A stretch of 63,693 bases of DNA, the filler included, from Stramenopiles sp. TOSAG23-3 (lineage: Eukaryota): the NCBI GenBank assembly GCA_900128585.1. It is 9 parts of 9 records of this genome, joined end to end, with 100 filler letters (N's around TTAATTAATTAA, not from the genome) between each part and the next. Parts side by side here need not be neighbours in the genome. Positions count along the whole stretch, not along the records: positions 56,738 to 63,693 come from LT643222.1; 8 more parts are not named here. One strand, written 5' to 3'. Shown here one piece after another: positions 63,617-63,693 of this stretch; position 1 is the stretch's first letter, and every line of letters starts with the position of its first letter. A model generated the notes under the pieces. That model saw only the letters and a list, made by a program, of their open reading frames with translations, ran no database searches and was not told where the DNA came from. The position numbers were made by a program, and so were the translations under genes.

Positions 63617-63693
63617 TGGCCTCGTTCACGACAAACTATATTGTTAGACACGTTCGAACAATCAATACACATTGCAATATCGTCAATTTTGCT
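63597..63693 (-). repeat. Right inverted repeat arm
   Basis: Reverse complement matches 56738-56834 with 3 mismatches in the inner 18 bp. Confidence 0.95.

Larger units (their letters stand above)
56738..63693. mobile_element. Putative TIR-bounded DNA transposon with two convergent genes (true termini lie beyond the contig)
   Basis: Contig ends are reverse complements of each other; it encodes a DDE-like transposase; codon usage is more AT-rich than most host genes in the window. Confidence 0.75.

Noticed and set aside
56738-63693. Polinton/virophage or linear viral genome interpretation of the TIR contig
   Set aside because: No protein-primed PolB, capsid, packaging ATPase or rve integrase motifs are visible in either ORF.

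Overview
Eukaryotic DNA, probably from a stramenopile-like protist single-cell or metagenome-assembled genome (lineage is inference). Nine unrelated ~7 kb contigs in descending length order (>=7018, 7003, 7000, 6999, 6992, 6986, 6980, 6959, 6956 bp) are joined by artificial 100-nt spacers (N44-TTAATTAATTAA-N44), so adjacency across spacers means nothing. Genes are mostly intron-free and GC-richer than the very AT-rich, (GAA)n-rich intergenic DNA. Recognisable host genes: MFS_2 transporter, EF-hand/ARM protein, Na+/K+-type P-ATPase, WW-cNMP kinase, U1A/U2B'', MGAT2-like glycosyltransferase, ApaG protein, cyclophilin, a truncated/split IP3 receptor, CHK2, Fpg/Nei-SAP glycosylase, DUF1295, Dispatched-like protein, a PAP2-PRTase fusion and a large secreted mosaic protein. 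The standout is the last contig (56738-63693). It is bounded at both ends by inverted repeats (79 bp perfect, 97 bp with 3 mismatches) and carries two convergent genes. One is a ~1540-aa protein with Zn fingers, a DOT1-like class I methyltransferase-like domain and a RAG1/Transib-like DDE transposase core. The other is a 477-aa Zn-ribbon/coiled-coil protein. This is a candidate undescribed DNA transposon with a ProtoRAG-like layout. All family assignments are by-eye motif recognition and have not been searched against databases.
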